Source of the DNA: Acidobacteriota bacterium
GTDB lineage: Bacteria > Acidobacteriota > Terriglobia > Versatilivoradales > Versatilivoraceae
Direction of reading: 5' to 3'
Assembly: GCA_040753175.1 (NCBI GenBank)
Contig: JBFMEW010000018.1
Coordinates: 31,347-95,346, forward strand
Length of the DNA: 64,000 nt
The notes beneath the pieces were generated by a model, which was not told where the DNA came from, ran no database searches, and worked only from the letters and a program-made list of their open reading frames with translations. The position numbers and the translations under genes are program-made. The stretch's first letter is position 1. Each line of letters opens with the position of its first letter. This document shows positions 1 to 8,771 of this stretch, one piece after another.

Positions 1-999
1 ACGACGACTACCGGAAAGCTGGCGCGTTGGCTGAACCGCAATGGACATCGAGCCATGGCTGTGTCCATCGATGTTTACCGTCCCGCCGCCCGGGAGCAGC
101 TGGCGATTATCGCCCGCGAGATCCAGATTCCGATCTACTCAGGAAACAATGAGTCGGACCCCTTGAAGCTTTGTCGGGAGGCCATCAAGGAAACCGAGCA
201 CCATGGGTGCGACGTGCTTTTAGTAGACACCGCAGGAAGACTCCATATCGACGAACAGCTGATGCATGAACTACGGGAAGTCAAACAGGCCGTTGGTCCA
301 GCCGAGATCCTGTTTGTGGCGGACGCCATGACCGGTCAGGACGCCGTCAAGAGTGCGCTAGCCTTCCACGAGCAGCTGGGACTGACCGGCATCATCCTCA
401 CCAAGATGGATGGCGACGCCCGCGGTGGTGCCGCGCTCTCGATCAAGTCGGTGACGGGCCAGCCGGTCAAGTTCGTCGGCGTTGGTGAAAAGTACGATGC
501 ACTGGAGCTGTTTCATCCCGACCGGCTGGTGTCGCGGCTCCTGGGTATGGGCGATGTGCTTTCGTTGATAGAAAAAGCGGAACAAGCGATCGACCAGGAG
601 AAGGCCCTGGAGTTAGGAAAGAAGTTGCAGGACGATTCGTTTACTCTGGAGGATTTTCGCGATCAGTTGCGCCAAATGAGAAAGCTGGGTCCTCTTGACC
701 AGCTCCTGTCACTCCTCCCCCAGATGGGTCCCTTCAAGGACATGAACAAGGTGAAGGTGGATGAGAAAGAGCTGATCCACATCGAGGCGATCATCAATTC
801 CATGACTCCCCACGAGCGGGCCCATCACCAGATCATCAACGGCAGTCGACGTAAGAGGATCGCCCGGGGCAGCGGTACCTCCGTTCAAAAGGTCAATCAG
901 CTCTTAAAGCAGTACGTGCAGGCCAAGAAGATGATGAAGCAGATGACCACAGGAATCATGGGCCGGAAGCTCAGCCGCATGAAGCTGCCTGGCATGTAG
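1..999 (+). CDS. ffh: Signal recognition particle protein Ffh (5'-truncated by window edge)
   Basis: Frame is open from base 1 (TTTTGKLA, end of the P-loop). DVYRPAAREQL, DTAGR and TKMDGDARGG SRP-GTPase motifs are present, followed by a Met-rich M domain (IINSMT...SRRKRIARGSG). Confidence 0.97.
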   Translation, partial: TTTTGKLARWLNRNGHRAMAVSIDVYRPAAREQLAIIAREIQIPIYSGNNESDPLKLCREAIKETEHHGCDVLLVDTAGRLHIDEQLMHELREVKQAVGPAEILFVADAMTGQDAVKSALAFHEQLGLTGIILTKMDGDARGGAALSIKSVTGQPVKFVGVGEKYDALELFHPDRLVSRLLGMGDVLSLIEKAEQAIDQEKALELGKKLQDDSFTLEDFRDQLRQMRKLGPLDQLLSLLPQMGPFKDMNKVKVDEKELIHIEAIINSMTPHERAHHQIINGSRRKRIARGSGTSVQKVNQLLKQYVQAKKMMKQMTTGIMGRKLSRMKLPGM

Positions 1000-1043
1000 C
1001 ATCAGCTCAATGACATGATCGCTGATCGCCAGATCGCGTCTCT

Positions 1044-2075
1044 TCAGGATTCTCGCAAGATATCTCTGACTCTTAGCAAGGCCTCATCCGAAATGTCGTC
1101 CGGCACAGAACAGCCCGGAGCCAGAATGAGCCGCCGCTTATGCATCGCCTGAACGGCAGACTGGATCTGCTGGCGGAGCTGTTCCTGGTTGGGGTCAGTA
1201 AGAGTCGTTTCGTCCAGTCCTCCCATCAGCGTTCCTGAGAATCGCATCTTGGTGGCGGCCATATTCATTCCCGTACCGTGCACGGAGTAGTTGATGACGT
1301 GTACGGGGTACCTTACCAGCTCCTCGAAATGGGGCTTGTTGCCGTGCACATGTAGGATATTCAGCTCGCCTTTTTCCTTCGCAGCATCGAGAACGATCAA
1401 GTCGGACTCCCTGACCAGCTTGGAGTACTCAGCTCGATCCAATACCATTGCATCGGAGGCCGCCACCGCCAGAAAAACGCCGGCTGCGCCTGCCTCCAAA
1501 GCCAGCCGGGCGTGATTGGCCTGGGATTCGGAAATGACTCGCAAGGCTCTGCGCAGCAGCTGCGGGTCCTCGTCCTTGAGCCTCTGCAGGGTCTTCTTGG
1601 AGGAGAGTTTCTCCGCCACGGTCCAAGACTGGAAAATGGTTTCCACAAACAGGGCTTGCCCCTTGATTTCCCGATGGATGAGCTTCAACGCCTTGATCTG
1701 TTCCGGGAACGGGTTCTTCAATGGTTCCAGTCGTGTCCAGTCAGCCGGGTCCTCAATCCGCTCGATTCCCTCCGGGAGTGGATACGGAAAATCGCTCATC
1801 ACCTTGAGGATGTCGACGTCGAATTTCCGATAGAACTCAAGGGTTGCCTCTGCATGCCTCTCACCCGGTTCCTTCTGCAAGCCGAAGTGATGCCAGAAAG
1901 TAAAGGGCAAGCGATCGACCCGCTCGCCTCTGAGCGTGGCTTTGACTCTTTCTATCTTGGACATTGGAGACCTCGATGGCTGACTTGTCGAAACTCCAGA
2001 GCGAGAAAGTAGGCCCAGGGTACCTGCTCCAGTGACCTTCAGGAATGCCCGTCGCGACCTATTCCGGTTCGCCAT
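1044..2075 (-). CDS. Uroporphyrinogen decarboxylase / MtaA-CmuA family protein with Tat signal
   Basis: ERVKATLRGERVDRLP N-terminal motif and ILAPGCSVP C-terminal motif. SRRAFLK twin-arginine leader. Confidence 0.8.
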   Translation of the reverse strand: MANRNRSRRAFLKVTGAGTLGLLSRSGVSTSQPSRSPMSKIERVKATLRGERVDRLPFTFWHHFGLQKEPGERHAEATLEFYRKFDVDILKVMSDFPYPLPEGIERIEDPADWTRLEPLKNPFPEQIKALKLIHREIKGQALFVETIFQSWTVAEKLSSKKTLQRLKDEDPQLLRRALRVISESQANHARLALEAGAAGVFLAVAASDAMVLDRAEYSKLVRESDLIVLDAAKEKGELNILHVHGNKPHFEELVRYPVHVINYSVHGTGMNMAATKMRFSGTLMGGLDETTLTDPNQEQLRQQIQSAVQAMHKRRLILAPGCSVPDDISDEALLRVRDILRES

Positions 2076-2104
2076 AGTTCACGCCCCCGACGACACAAGG
2101 TGAA

Positions 2105-2126
2105 GAAGTGTTGATTCTAACACTTC
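2105..2126. promoter_or_regulatory. Perfect 8-bp inverted repeat (possible operator) overlapping a leftward TAGAAT -10-like element
   Basis: GAAGTGTT-gattct-AACACTTC in the divergent intergenic region. Confidence 0.4.
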
Positions 2127-2140
2127 GCTGCGCCGACACG

Positions 2141-2244
2141 TGTCTGTCTTGCAACAACGTGTTTGAATCCACACAAGTCAGCAGCCTTTGAACGTTACCA
2201 ACTTATTTACAATCAGTCATTTGATGTCTGGACGTTTGTCTGCT
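2141..2244 (+). promoter_or_regulatory. Putative sigma-54 promoter with tandem enhancer sites and IHF site
   Basis: Two TGT-N10-ACA sites (2141-2156, 2160-2175). AATCAGTCATTTG matches IHF WATCARNNNNTTR (2211-2223). TGGACGTTTGTCTGCT has GG-N10-GC spacing (2229-2244), although the -24 element is non-canonical. Confidence 0.55.
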
Positions 2245-2276
2245 TCTTGCCTCCCTGAGAGAAAGGAGGAAGTGCA

Positions 2277-2840
2277 ATGCGGCGAACGTGCTTGGTGCTG
2301 CCCACCATCTGCTTCTTGTTCTGGACTGGCCACTCTGAATCACGAGCTGAAGAGACAACCCATTCTGACAGGCGAGTGGTCGTGAGCTTGGTTCATCGAA
2401 AGCTTGCGGTTGTGCAGGGAGACCGAGTCCTCAAGATTTATCCCGTGGCCATTGGATCGAAGTCCAGCCCCAGTCCGACGGGCGAGTTCAAGATTGTCCA
2501 TCGAATCCCGAAGCCCACCTACTATGCTCCCGGAATCGTCATTCCTCCAGGCCGGCGTAATCCCCTCGGGACTCGTTGGATTGGGCTCAGCCTCAAAGGA
2601 TTTGGAATCCACGGGACCAACCAGCCTGGCTCCATTGGGAAAGCCGCGTCACACGGATGCATTCGCCTCCGCAACCGCGACGCAGAGGAATTGTTTGACA
2701 TCGTTTCGGTTGGAAATGTTGTGGAACTCCACGGCGAGTCGAGCCCGGACATCTCGCATTTCTTCGAAAAGCCTTCGGAAGAGCCTGCACAGCAGCCTCG
2801 GACGGAGACTCAGCTCGCCTTGGTGACGACCGGTCACTAG
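2277..2840 (+). CDS. L,D-transpeptidase (YkuD family), secreted
   Basis: GIHGTNQPGSIGKAASHGCIRL catalytic His/Cys motif, signal peptide, and AGGAG RBS. Confidence 0.93.
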   Translation: MRRTCLVLPTICFLFWTGHSESRAEETTHSDRRVVVSLVHRKLAVVQGDRVLKIYPVAIGSKSSPSPTGEFKIVHRIPKPTYYAPGIVIPPGRRNPLGTRWIGLSLKGFGIHGTNQPGSIGKAASHGCIRLRNRDAEELFDIVSVGNVVELHGESSPDISHFFEKPSEEPAQQPRTETQLALVTTGH

Positions 2841-2871
2841 AAGCCGCCTGCCAGCTCCGAGGAGGACGCCC

Positions 2872-4140
2872 ATGTTACTCATCAAGTATCTTCTGCAAAC
2901 GCTTGGCCTTGGATCACTTGTAATCGCCGTAGCCATTCTGCTGTACGGCCTATACCACTGGGTCCGACACGAAAGAACGGGAGAGGGGACGGAAAAACAG
3001 CTCGTCATTCCGTGGAGAACAGCAGGGCGACTGACTTTGTTCGGTTTGATTCCCCTTCTGCTGGGTTTCAGCGTCACCGTGGTGCCCAGCGGGACGGCCG
3101 CCGTTGTCGTCAGCCAGATTTCGGGAACACTTCCCCATAGTCTTTCTCCGGGCATGTACTGGATATGGCCCTTTGTCCAAAGAGTAGAGCTCTACGATGC
3201 CCGCGATGTCATCTTTTCTACCCGGGCTCTGGCCGATCCAAAGCAGACAGAGGAGGTTCTGTCGGTACAGACGCGGGAGGGGCTGAGTGTGGGCCTCGGG
3301 GTGACGGTGCGCTATCGGCTTGACCCCGCGCGTCTGGCCGCGATCCACTCCGCTCTTCCTCAGCCCCTCGGCCGCGAGGTCGTCCCGCCCGTTGTGGCCA
3401 GCGTCTTTAGGCAGGTAGCACCCAACTTCATGGTGCGGGAACTCTTCTCCACCCGACGGGGCGAGGCCCTCCGACAATCCGCTGAAGCCATCAGCCGAAA
3501 GTTGGCCGAGGACGGCATCCTCGTGAAAGAGGTGCTGGTGCGGGACATTCACCTTCCACCCGAGTACGCAAAGGGATTGGAGGGCCTGCTCATCAAGGAG
3601 CAAGAGAACGAACGGCTGGCCATCGAGGTTGAAGTCAAGCAGAAGTTGGTTCGAACAGCCGAGCTGGAGGCCGAAGCCCAAAAGGCGCGCCAAATCAAAC
3701 AGGCTGAAGCGGAGGCCCAGACCACCGTTCTCCGAGCCAAAGCCCAGGCAGATGCCATGCAGCACACGCTTCCGCTCAAGGAGAAGCAGATTCAACAAAG
3801 CCGGCTCGAGGCTGAAGCGCGAAAAGAAGCAACGGTGAAGAACGCCGAGGCTGCGGCGCAGGCCAAAGTCATTGACAGCAAAGCCGAGCTGGAAAGGCAA
3901 AAGCTGCTGGCGGAGGCTGACGATCATCGGATTCGATTGCTGGCTGCAGCCGATGCCGAGCGGCTCAAGAGAGAAGCACAGGTCCTGAAAGAAAACCCGC
4001 TCCTGATCCAGAAGATCATCGCCGAAAGGCTTTCCGACAAAGTGCAGATCATGATGGTCCCCACCGATGGCAAGTTTTTCTTTGCCAACGATGTGTTGCG
4101 AAACGTTCCGCTGGTCAGCGCGGCGTCCGATTCCCGTTGA
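2872..4140 (+). CDS. SPFH/prohibitin (band 7) family membrane protein
   Basis: Two N-terminal TM helices, an SPFH core (VQTREGLSVGLGVTVRYRLD...VLVRDIHLP) and an AEAEA-rich coiled coil. Confidence 0.9.
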   Translation: MLLIKYLLQTLGLGSLVIAVAILLYGLYHWVRHERTGEGTEKQLVIPWRTAGRLTLFGLIPLLLGFSVTVVPSGTAAVVVSQISGTLPHSLSPGMYWIWPFVQRVELYDARDVIFSTRALADPKQTEEVLSVQTREGLSVGLGVTVRYRLDPARLAAIHSALPQPLGREVVPPVVASVFRQVAPNFMVRELFSTRRGEALRQSAEAISRKLAEDGILVKEVLVRDIHLPPEYAKGLEGLLIKEQENERLAIEVEVKQKLVRTAELEAEAQKARQIKQAEAEAQTTVLRAKAQADAMQHTLPLKEKQIQQSRLEAEARKEATVKNAEAAAQAKVIDSKAELERQKLLAEADDHRIRLLAAADAERLKREAQVLKENPLLIQKIIAERLSDKVQIMMVPTDGKFFFANDVLRNVPLVSAASDSR

Positions 4141-4159
4141 AGCCTTGTTGCCAAAGGTA

Positions 4160-4224
4160 CGGTTGTCCGGCAAATCCTCACGGAGTTTCGGATTCGCCGC
4201 CCGGAACTCCGCTGCCGGCAACCG
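4160..4224 (+). repeat. Intergenic nested hairpin flanked by 9-bp direct repeats
   Basis: CGGTTG-t-CCGGCA pairs with TGCCGG-CAACCG, and CGGAGTTTCGG pairs with CCGGAACTCCG. GCCTTGTTG occurs at 4142-4150 and 4239-4247. Confidence 0.45.
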
Positions 4225-4295
4225 GCCTGCGATCAAGGGCCTTGTTGGCAGGCAATCCTCTGCAGCGCTCGTTGAAATAAGAGGTGATATCACTG

Positions 4296-5534
4296 ATGCT
4301 CAAAAGACTCATCGCAATTGCATTCATTTATCTGTGCACCACGGTTGCCTGGGCGGTCCTGGGATCCACCGTTCTGTTCCGGACTACTTCCCAGGACAAC
4401 AAGTTGAAGGGCGAAGTAGGCCAGCTGTGGGGCAGTAAACAGGTGCAGCGAGCGCCAATCGTCTACTATGAAACCCAGCGTGAAGTGGAGACCAAGAAGA
4501 TTGAGGGAGACAAGGTTGTGTCGAACATCGAGAGGCAATGCGTCCGTACTCCAGTTCCTCTGCGATCCAGTGACATCCACGTAAACCTTTCTCTCCAGCA
4601 TCGGCGTAAGGGGTTGCTGTGGTATTCAACCTATACGGTCAAGTTTGTGGGGCGCTACATCCTTGCCAACGACACTTCCCAAGAAAGAGAGTTCATCTTC
4701 GACTACGCCTTTCCGGCCAAGGGGGCAGTGTACGACGGATTCCAACTGGCCGTTGGTGGGCAACCCATGGACAAGCTTGATCTGGCCTCCGGTGACATGC
4801 GGCGTGCTATCCGCCTGACCCCAGGTCAACAAGAGCAGGTAGAGGTGCGGTACCAGTCTCAAGGAATGGATCAGTGGTGGTACGACTTTGGATCATCAGT
4901 CACGCAAGTCAAAGATTTCCTGCTGGTCATGCAAACCGATTTCGACCAGATTGATTTCCCTCAAAACAGCATCGCCCCGGTGGAACGGAGCCGTTTAAAC
5001 CAGGGATGGGAGCTGAAGTGGAGATACTCCAACCTACTCACGGGAGTCCAGATTGGAATGGAGCTTCCTCACCGCCTCAATCCTGGCCCGTGGGTGAGTC
5101 AGGTGACTTTCTCGGCACCGGTTGCGCTTTTCCTGTTCTTTTTCCTCCTGTTCATCCTTTCCAGCCTGAAGGAAATCAGGATCCATCCCATGAACTATTT
5201 CTTTCTTGGAGCGGCCTTCTTCAGTTTTCACCTTTTGTTGGCCTACCTGGTGGATCATGTTTCAATCGGGGCAGCCTTTGCCATGGGTTCGGCCGTTTCC
5301 ATCGGGCTCGTGGTTTCCTACATGCGACTGGTGACGGACAGCCGCTTTGCCTATCGAGAAATCGCCATTTCCCAATTTGTTTACCTGGTATTGTTTTCCT
5401 ACAGCTTCTTCTTCGAGGGCTACACGGGACTTGCCATCACCATGTTGTGCGTGGTCACCTTGTTTGTTGTGATGCAGTTGACAGGTAAGATGGATTGGGA
5501 CATGACCTTTTCCAAGCAGAGGAAGACAACATGA
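4296..5534 (+). CDS. CreD-like inner membrane protein
   Basis: N-terminal TM, periplasmic domain with LSLQHRRKGLLWYSTY, and a C-terminal multi-TM bundle with IHPMNYFFLGAAFFSFHLLLAYL (cf. CreD IHPxQYxLVGxALxxFYLLLL). ATG chosen after the AGAGGTG RBS. Confidence 0.75.
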   Translation: MLKRLIAIAFIYLCTTVAWAVLGSTVLFRTTSQDNKLKGEVGQLWGSKQVQRAPIVYYETQREVETKKIEGDKVVSNIERQCVRTPVPLRSSDIHVNLSLQHRRKGLLWYSTYTVKFVGRYILANDTSQEREFIFDYAFPAKGAVYDGFQLAVGGQPMDKLDLASGDMRRAIRLTPGQQEQVEVRYQSQGMDQWWYDFGSSVTQVKDFLLVMQTDFDQIDFPQNSIAPVERSRLNQGWELKWRYSNLLTGVQIGMELPHRLNPGPWVSQVTFSAPVALFLFFFLLFILSSLKEIRIHPMNYFFLGAAFFSFHLLLAYLVDHVSIGAAFAMGSAVSIGLVVSYMRLVTDSRFAYREIAISQFVYLVLFSYSFFFEGYTGLAITMLCVVTLFVVMQLTGKMDWDMTFSKQRKTT

Positions 5535-6406
5535 GCAAGCGATGGCCAGGAATCCCAAGGTTGCGTCATCTTACGCACGGGGGGAGTGAAGCACAGACGC
5601 CGCGGCCGGAGCTGCCGGCGCTAGTGGCTGCCCTCCTGCTCTTGGCGTGGCTGGCTACGGCGTGGTTCCACACGGTGCGGCCTCCGGTTGACCAACGCGT
5701 TCGCCTGCCGCAAATCATGCTGTGGGCCTGGGAGAGGCCGGAGGACTTGAGCTTCATCGATCCCTCGAGCACGGGTGTGGCATTTCTGGCCGGTACCCTG
5801 AGCGTCCGCCATGGAGAACTAGTCGTCCGACCGCGTTTGCAGAGTTTGAAGACGCCGCCGACCACGGTATTGGAGAGTGTCATCCGCATCGAAGTGGATC
5901 CGGACAGCGTGCTCTCTCCAGCCCATCTGTCCGCAATGGTCACAGCCATTTCGAAGCTCGGTGCTAAGCCGGCCATTCGTTCGGTTCAAATCGACTTCGA
6001 TGCCGCGCGCTCTCAACGCGCTTTCTATCGTGCGCTCCTCTGCGACCTCCGCAAGGAGATGGCGCCGGAGACCGCACTTTCCATGACGGCACTCGCCTCA
6101 TGGGCGCTCCACGATCGCTGGCTCGAGAAACTGCCGGTGGATGATGTGGTTCCGATGCTGTTTCGAATGGGGGCAGACCGGCACCAGGTGCGACAACACT
6201 TCGAGCTTGGGGGCGACTTCTACTCGAATCGCTGCCGGAGCAGCGTGGGAATCGCCACTGACGAGCCACTTCGGTTTGAACTGACGGATCGACGAATCTA
6301 CTTTTTCAATCCTAAGGCTTGGACTCCTGCGGCCTACGAGAGCACGCTTCAGCAATACAGAGAACGGAGGGATGCCCTCCCAGCTGGTAGGCGCCAGAGG
6401 ACTTGA
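5531..6406 (+). CDS. DUF3142-like membrane-anchored protein (possible TIM-barrel glycoside-hydrolase-like fold)
   Basis: LWAWERPEDL, VQIDFDAARSQRAFY, LSMTALASW and VPMLFRMG motifs. ATGA overlap with the creD-like stop codon. Confidence 0.7.
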   Translation: MSKRWPGIPRLRHLTHGGSEAQTPRPELPALVAALLLLAWLATAWFHTVRPPVDQRVRLPQIMLWAWERPEDLSFIDPSSTGVAFLAGTLSVRHGELVVRPRLQSLKTPPTTVLESVIRIEVDPDSVLSPAHLSAMVTAISKLGAKPAIRSVQIDFDAARSQRAFYRALLCDLRKEMAPETALSMTALASWALHDRWLEKLPVDDVVPMLFRMGADRHQVRQHFELGGDFYSNRCRSSVGIATDEPLRFELTDRRIYFFNPKAWTPAAYESTLQQYRERRDALPAGRRQRT

Positions 6407-6422
6407 TCACAAGGGGGTAATC

Positions 6423-8675
6423 ATGACGCGCGTTCGAGTTGTTCTCATCACAGCAATGGCTGTGTTCGTCGGAATGCGTTGCCTGCAACCGGTGTTAGGA
6501 TGTGGGCCCTGGCTGCCCACTGCCTATTTCACATTCAGCTATCATCCCTTCGATGAGCGGTACTTCAACGGCAGGTTAGGGGTCCTGCAGCCCACCTATT
6601 GGCGAATTTACTTATACGCTGCCTATCGCTACCTGAGCGAACCCAACCTCAGTGGGGATCCCGCAGGCGTGCGACCCGCGACGCGCCAGGGAAACGAACA
6701 GAATTGGGTGACGGCTTGGCTGACTGCACGCCGTTCGATCCGCCCGGACGATCCCTTGCCTCAAATCGATGTTTATCGGGAAACTCAGCCGTATCGGTAT
6801 TACCTGAACTATCCGGAGGACGCATTTCGGAACGCCGTCCAGACTCTGGAACAACGGATCAGTCAATTTGGTGCGGACAGCAGGGAAGTAGCAGAGTGGC
6901 TGAAGGCACAAGACATCGTGTTTTCCAACCAAACCGGCCAGAACCGAATTCCCGAACCGGCGCCAAAGGATTTGCCGCCAGTGATTCGGGCGGACCGGGA
7001 TTATCAGATTGCGGCGGCGTATTTCTATGCTGGAAACTTCGATGAAGCGGCAGCACGTTTTCGAGCCATTGCCACCGACTCCGATTCTCCCTGGCGAAGC
7101 TGGGCCCCCTATCTTGTGGCGCGTTGTTTTGTCCGCAAGTCGGCGCTTATGGGAGAAGAAGACGCTTGGGATTCTCAAACACTGGCTCAAGCGGAATCCC
7201 AATTGCGGTCGGTCTTGCAGAACCCCCAATTGGAGCCAGTACACAAGCCTTCGCAAAAGCTCCTGAATCTGGTGAGCGTCAGACTCCACCCGGCGCAGCG
7301 GTCTCTGGAATTGGCCCGAAACCTGAGGCTGATTAATCTTTCGCAAGTCCGCTACTCCGAGCCTCAAGAGTTGATCGACTACCGATTCCTCCTGGACAGA
7401 CTCCTGGATCTGGGCGGCAGCAGCCTGGTCGGTTCGGCCGAAGAAACTCTCGCCGTGGCGCGGCAGGATGACATGACGGACTGGATTGTGACCTTTCAGG
7501 ACTCATCTTCATCCGCCCGGGAGCACACCGTCGAGCGATGGAGGCAGACCCAATCCGAGGCGTGGCTGGTATCGGCCTTGGTCAAGGCCAGTGTAAACCA
7601 CCCGGCCTTGCCCGAACTGTTGCGCGCGGCTAGGCAAGTCAGTTCGAATTCGAGGGCATATCCCTCCGTCATGTTTCACCGCTTTCGGCTCATGATGGAA
7701 CGAGGTGAGGGCGCCGAGACCAGGCGAGAAATGGATGGGCTATTGCCCGAGGCTGAAGTCGAATGGCCACGCTCCTCACTAAATCTGTTGTTAGGGATGC
7801 GCTTGAAACTAGCCACCACGTTCGACGAGTTCTTGAAATTCGCAGTGCGGGTGCCTGCCGGAGTTGGAACGAGCGACAGCGAAGGGGGCTTCGGCGAGGT
7901 GAATGAACATGCGAGAGAGCCGATGTTCCATGCCGACTCCGCTCGCATCTTGAATGATGGTCTACCCACTCGCAAGCTCCTGGACGCGGCTAAGAGTGAC
8001 CAACTGTCTCCCGTACTGCGTGAAAAAGTAGCTTTGGCTGCGTGGGTCCGCGCCGTTTTGCTGGACCAAGAACCGACCGCTCTTGAACTGGCTGCGTGGC
8101 TTGAGCAACGCAGGCCGGACTTTCGCGACTCCTTTCGCGCCTACCAGACGGAACCAACTCCAGGGGCCCGAAAGTTCGCAGCTGTTTTGCTGATCCTGAA
8201 GACGCCGGGCCTTCGACCTTTGATTGAGGTGGGCCTCGGGCGCCAGGAACCTGTCACCGAGATGAGCATCTATCGCGACAATTGGTGGTGTCCTGGGGAT
8301 CAGTGGCCGTATTCCCAGCATGTAGAGGACCTGCGGGATCCTCTGCGGGTGCTCTATCTGAATGGGCAAACCGTGACGCCGCCGTTCCTGAATGAGCAGG
8401 AACTGGAGCAAGCTGGGAAGGAGCGGGAGGCTTTGGAAACGATGAGCACGGCCCCAAACTACCTCTGCCGTCAAGTGGTGGAGTGGGTTCGCCGGAACCC
8501 GAAGGACCCGCGCGCCGCGGAGGCTCTGCACTTGGCTGTGAGGTCCACTCGCCGAGGCTGTGGCGATCGAGACACCGGGAAGTTTTCCCGGGATGCATTT
8601 CGACTTCTCCATCGCCTCTATCCAGACAGCCCTTGGGCCCGTAAAACCAAGTATTGGTACGGCTCCTTGGGATGA
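6423..8675 (+). CDS. Large exported helical-repeat (TPR-like) protein, partner of DUF3142-like gene
   Basis: Signal peptide ending near LGCGP, TPR-like YQIAAAYFYAGNFDEAAARF, and C-terminal AFRLLHRLYPDSPWARKTKYWY. Confidence 0.65.
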   Translation: MTRVRVVLITAMAVFVGMRCLQPVLGCGPWLPTAYFTFSYHPFDERYFNGRLGVLQPTYWRIYLYAAYRYLSEPNLSGDPAGVRPATRQGNEQNWVTAWLTARRSIRPDDPLPQIDVYRETQPYRYYLNYPEDAFRNAVQTLEQRISQFGADSREVAEWLKAQDIVFSNQTGQNRIPEPAPKDLPPVIRADRDYQIAAAYFYAGNFDEAAARFRAIATDSDSPWRSWAPYLVARCFVRKSALMGEEDAWDSQTLAQAESQLRSVLQNPQLEPVHKPSQKLLNLVSVRLHPAQRSLELARNLRLINLSQVRYSEPQELIDYRFLLDRLLDLGGSSLVGSAEETLAVARQDDMTDWIVTFQDSSSSAREHTVERWRQTQSEAWLVSALVKASVNHPALPELLRAARQVSSNSRAYPSVMFHRFRLMMERGEGAETRREMDGLLPEAEVEWPRSSLNLLLGMRLKLATTFDEFLKFAVRVPAGVGTSDSEGGFGEVNEHAREPMFHADSARILNDGLPTRKLLDAAKSDQLSPVLREKVALAAWVRAVLLDQEPTALELAAWLEQRRPDFRDSFRAYQTEPTPGARKFAAVLLILKTPGLRPLIEVGLGRQEPVTEMSIYRDNWWCPGDQWPYSQHVEDLRDPLRVLYLNGQTVTPPFLNEQELEQAGKEREALETMSTAPNYLCRQVVEWVRRNPKDPRAAEALHLAVRSTRRGCGDRDTGKFSRDAFRLLHRLYPDSPWARKTKYWYGSLG

Positions 8676-8771
8676 GCGCGGACCCGTCGTCTCGGGGATC
8701 GTTGTCCCGACGGATTCCAGTAAATGGGATGTTCCAAGCCTTGATTGCTGCCACAGCGGATTGGTGGCGAT

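Noticed and set aside
2950-4293. 447-aa antisense ORF, and similar long shadow ORFs such as 19807-20862, 39313-40245 and 18163-19014
   Set aside because: They overlap well-supported genes on the opposite strand and show no recognisable motifs. Such ORFs are expected in GC-rich DNA.
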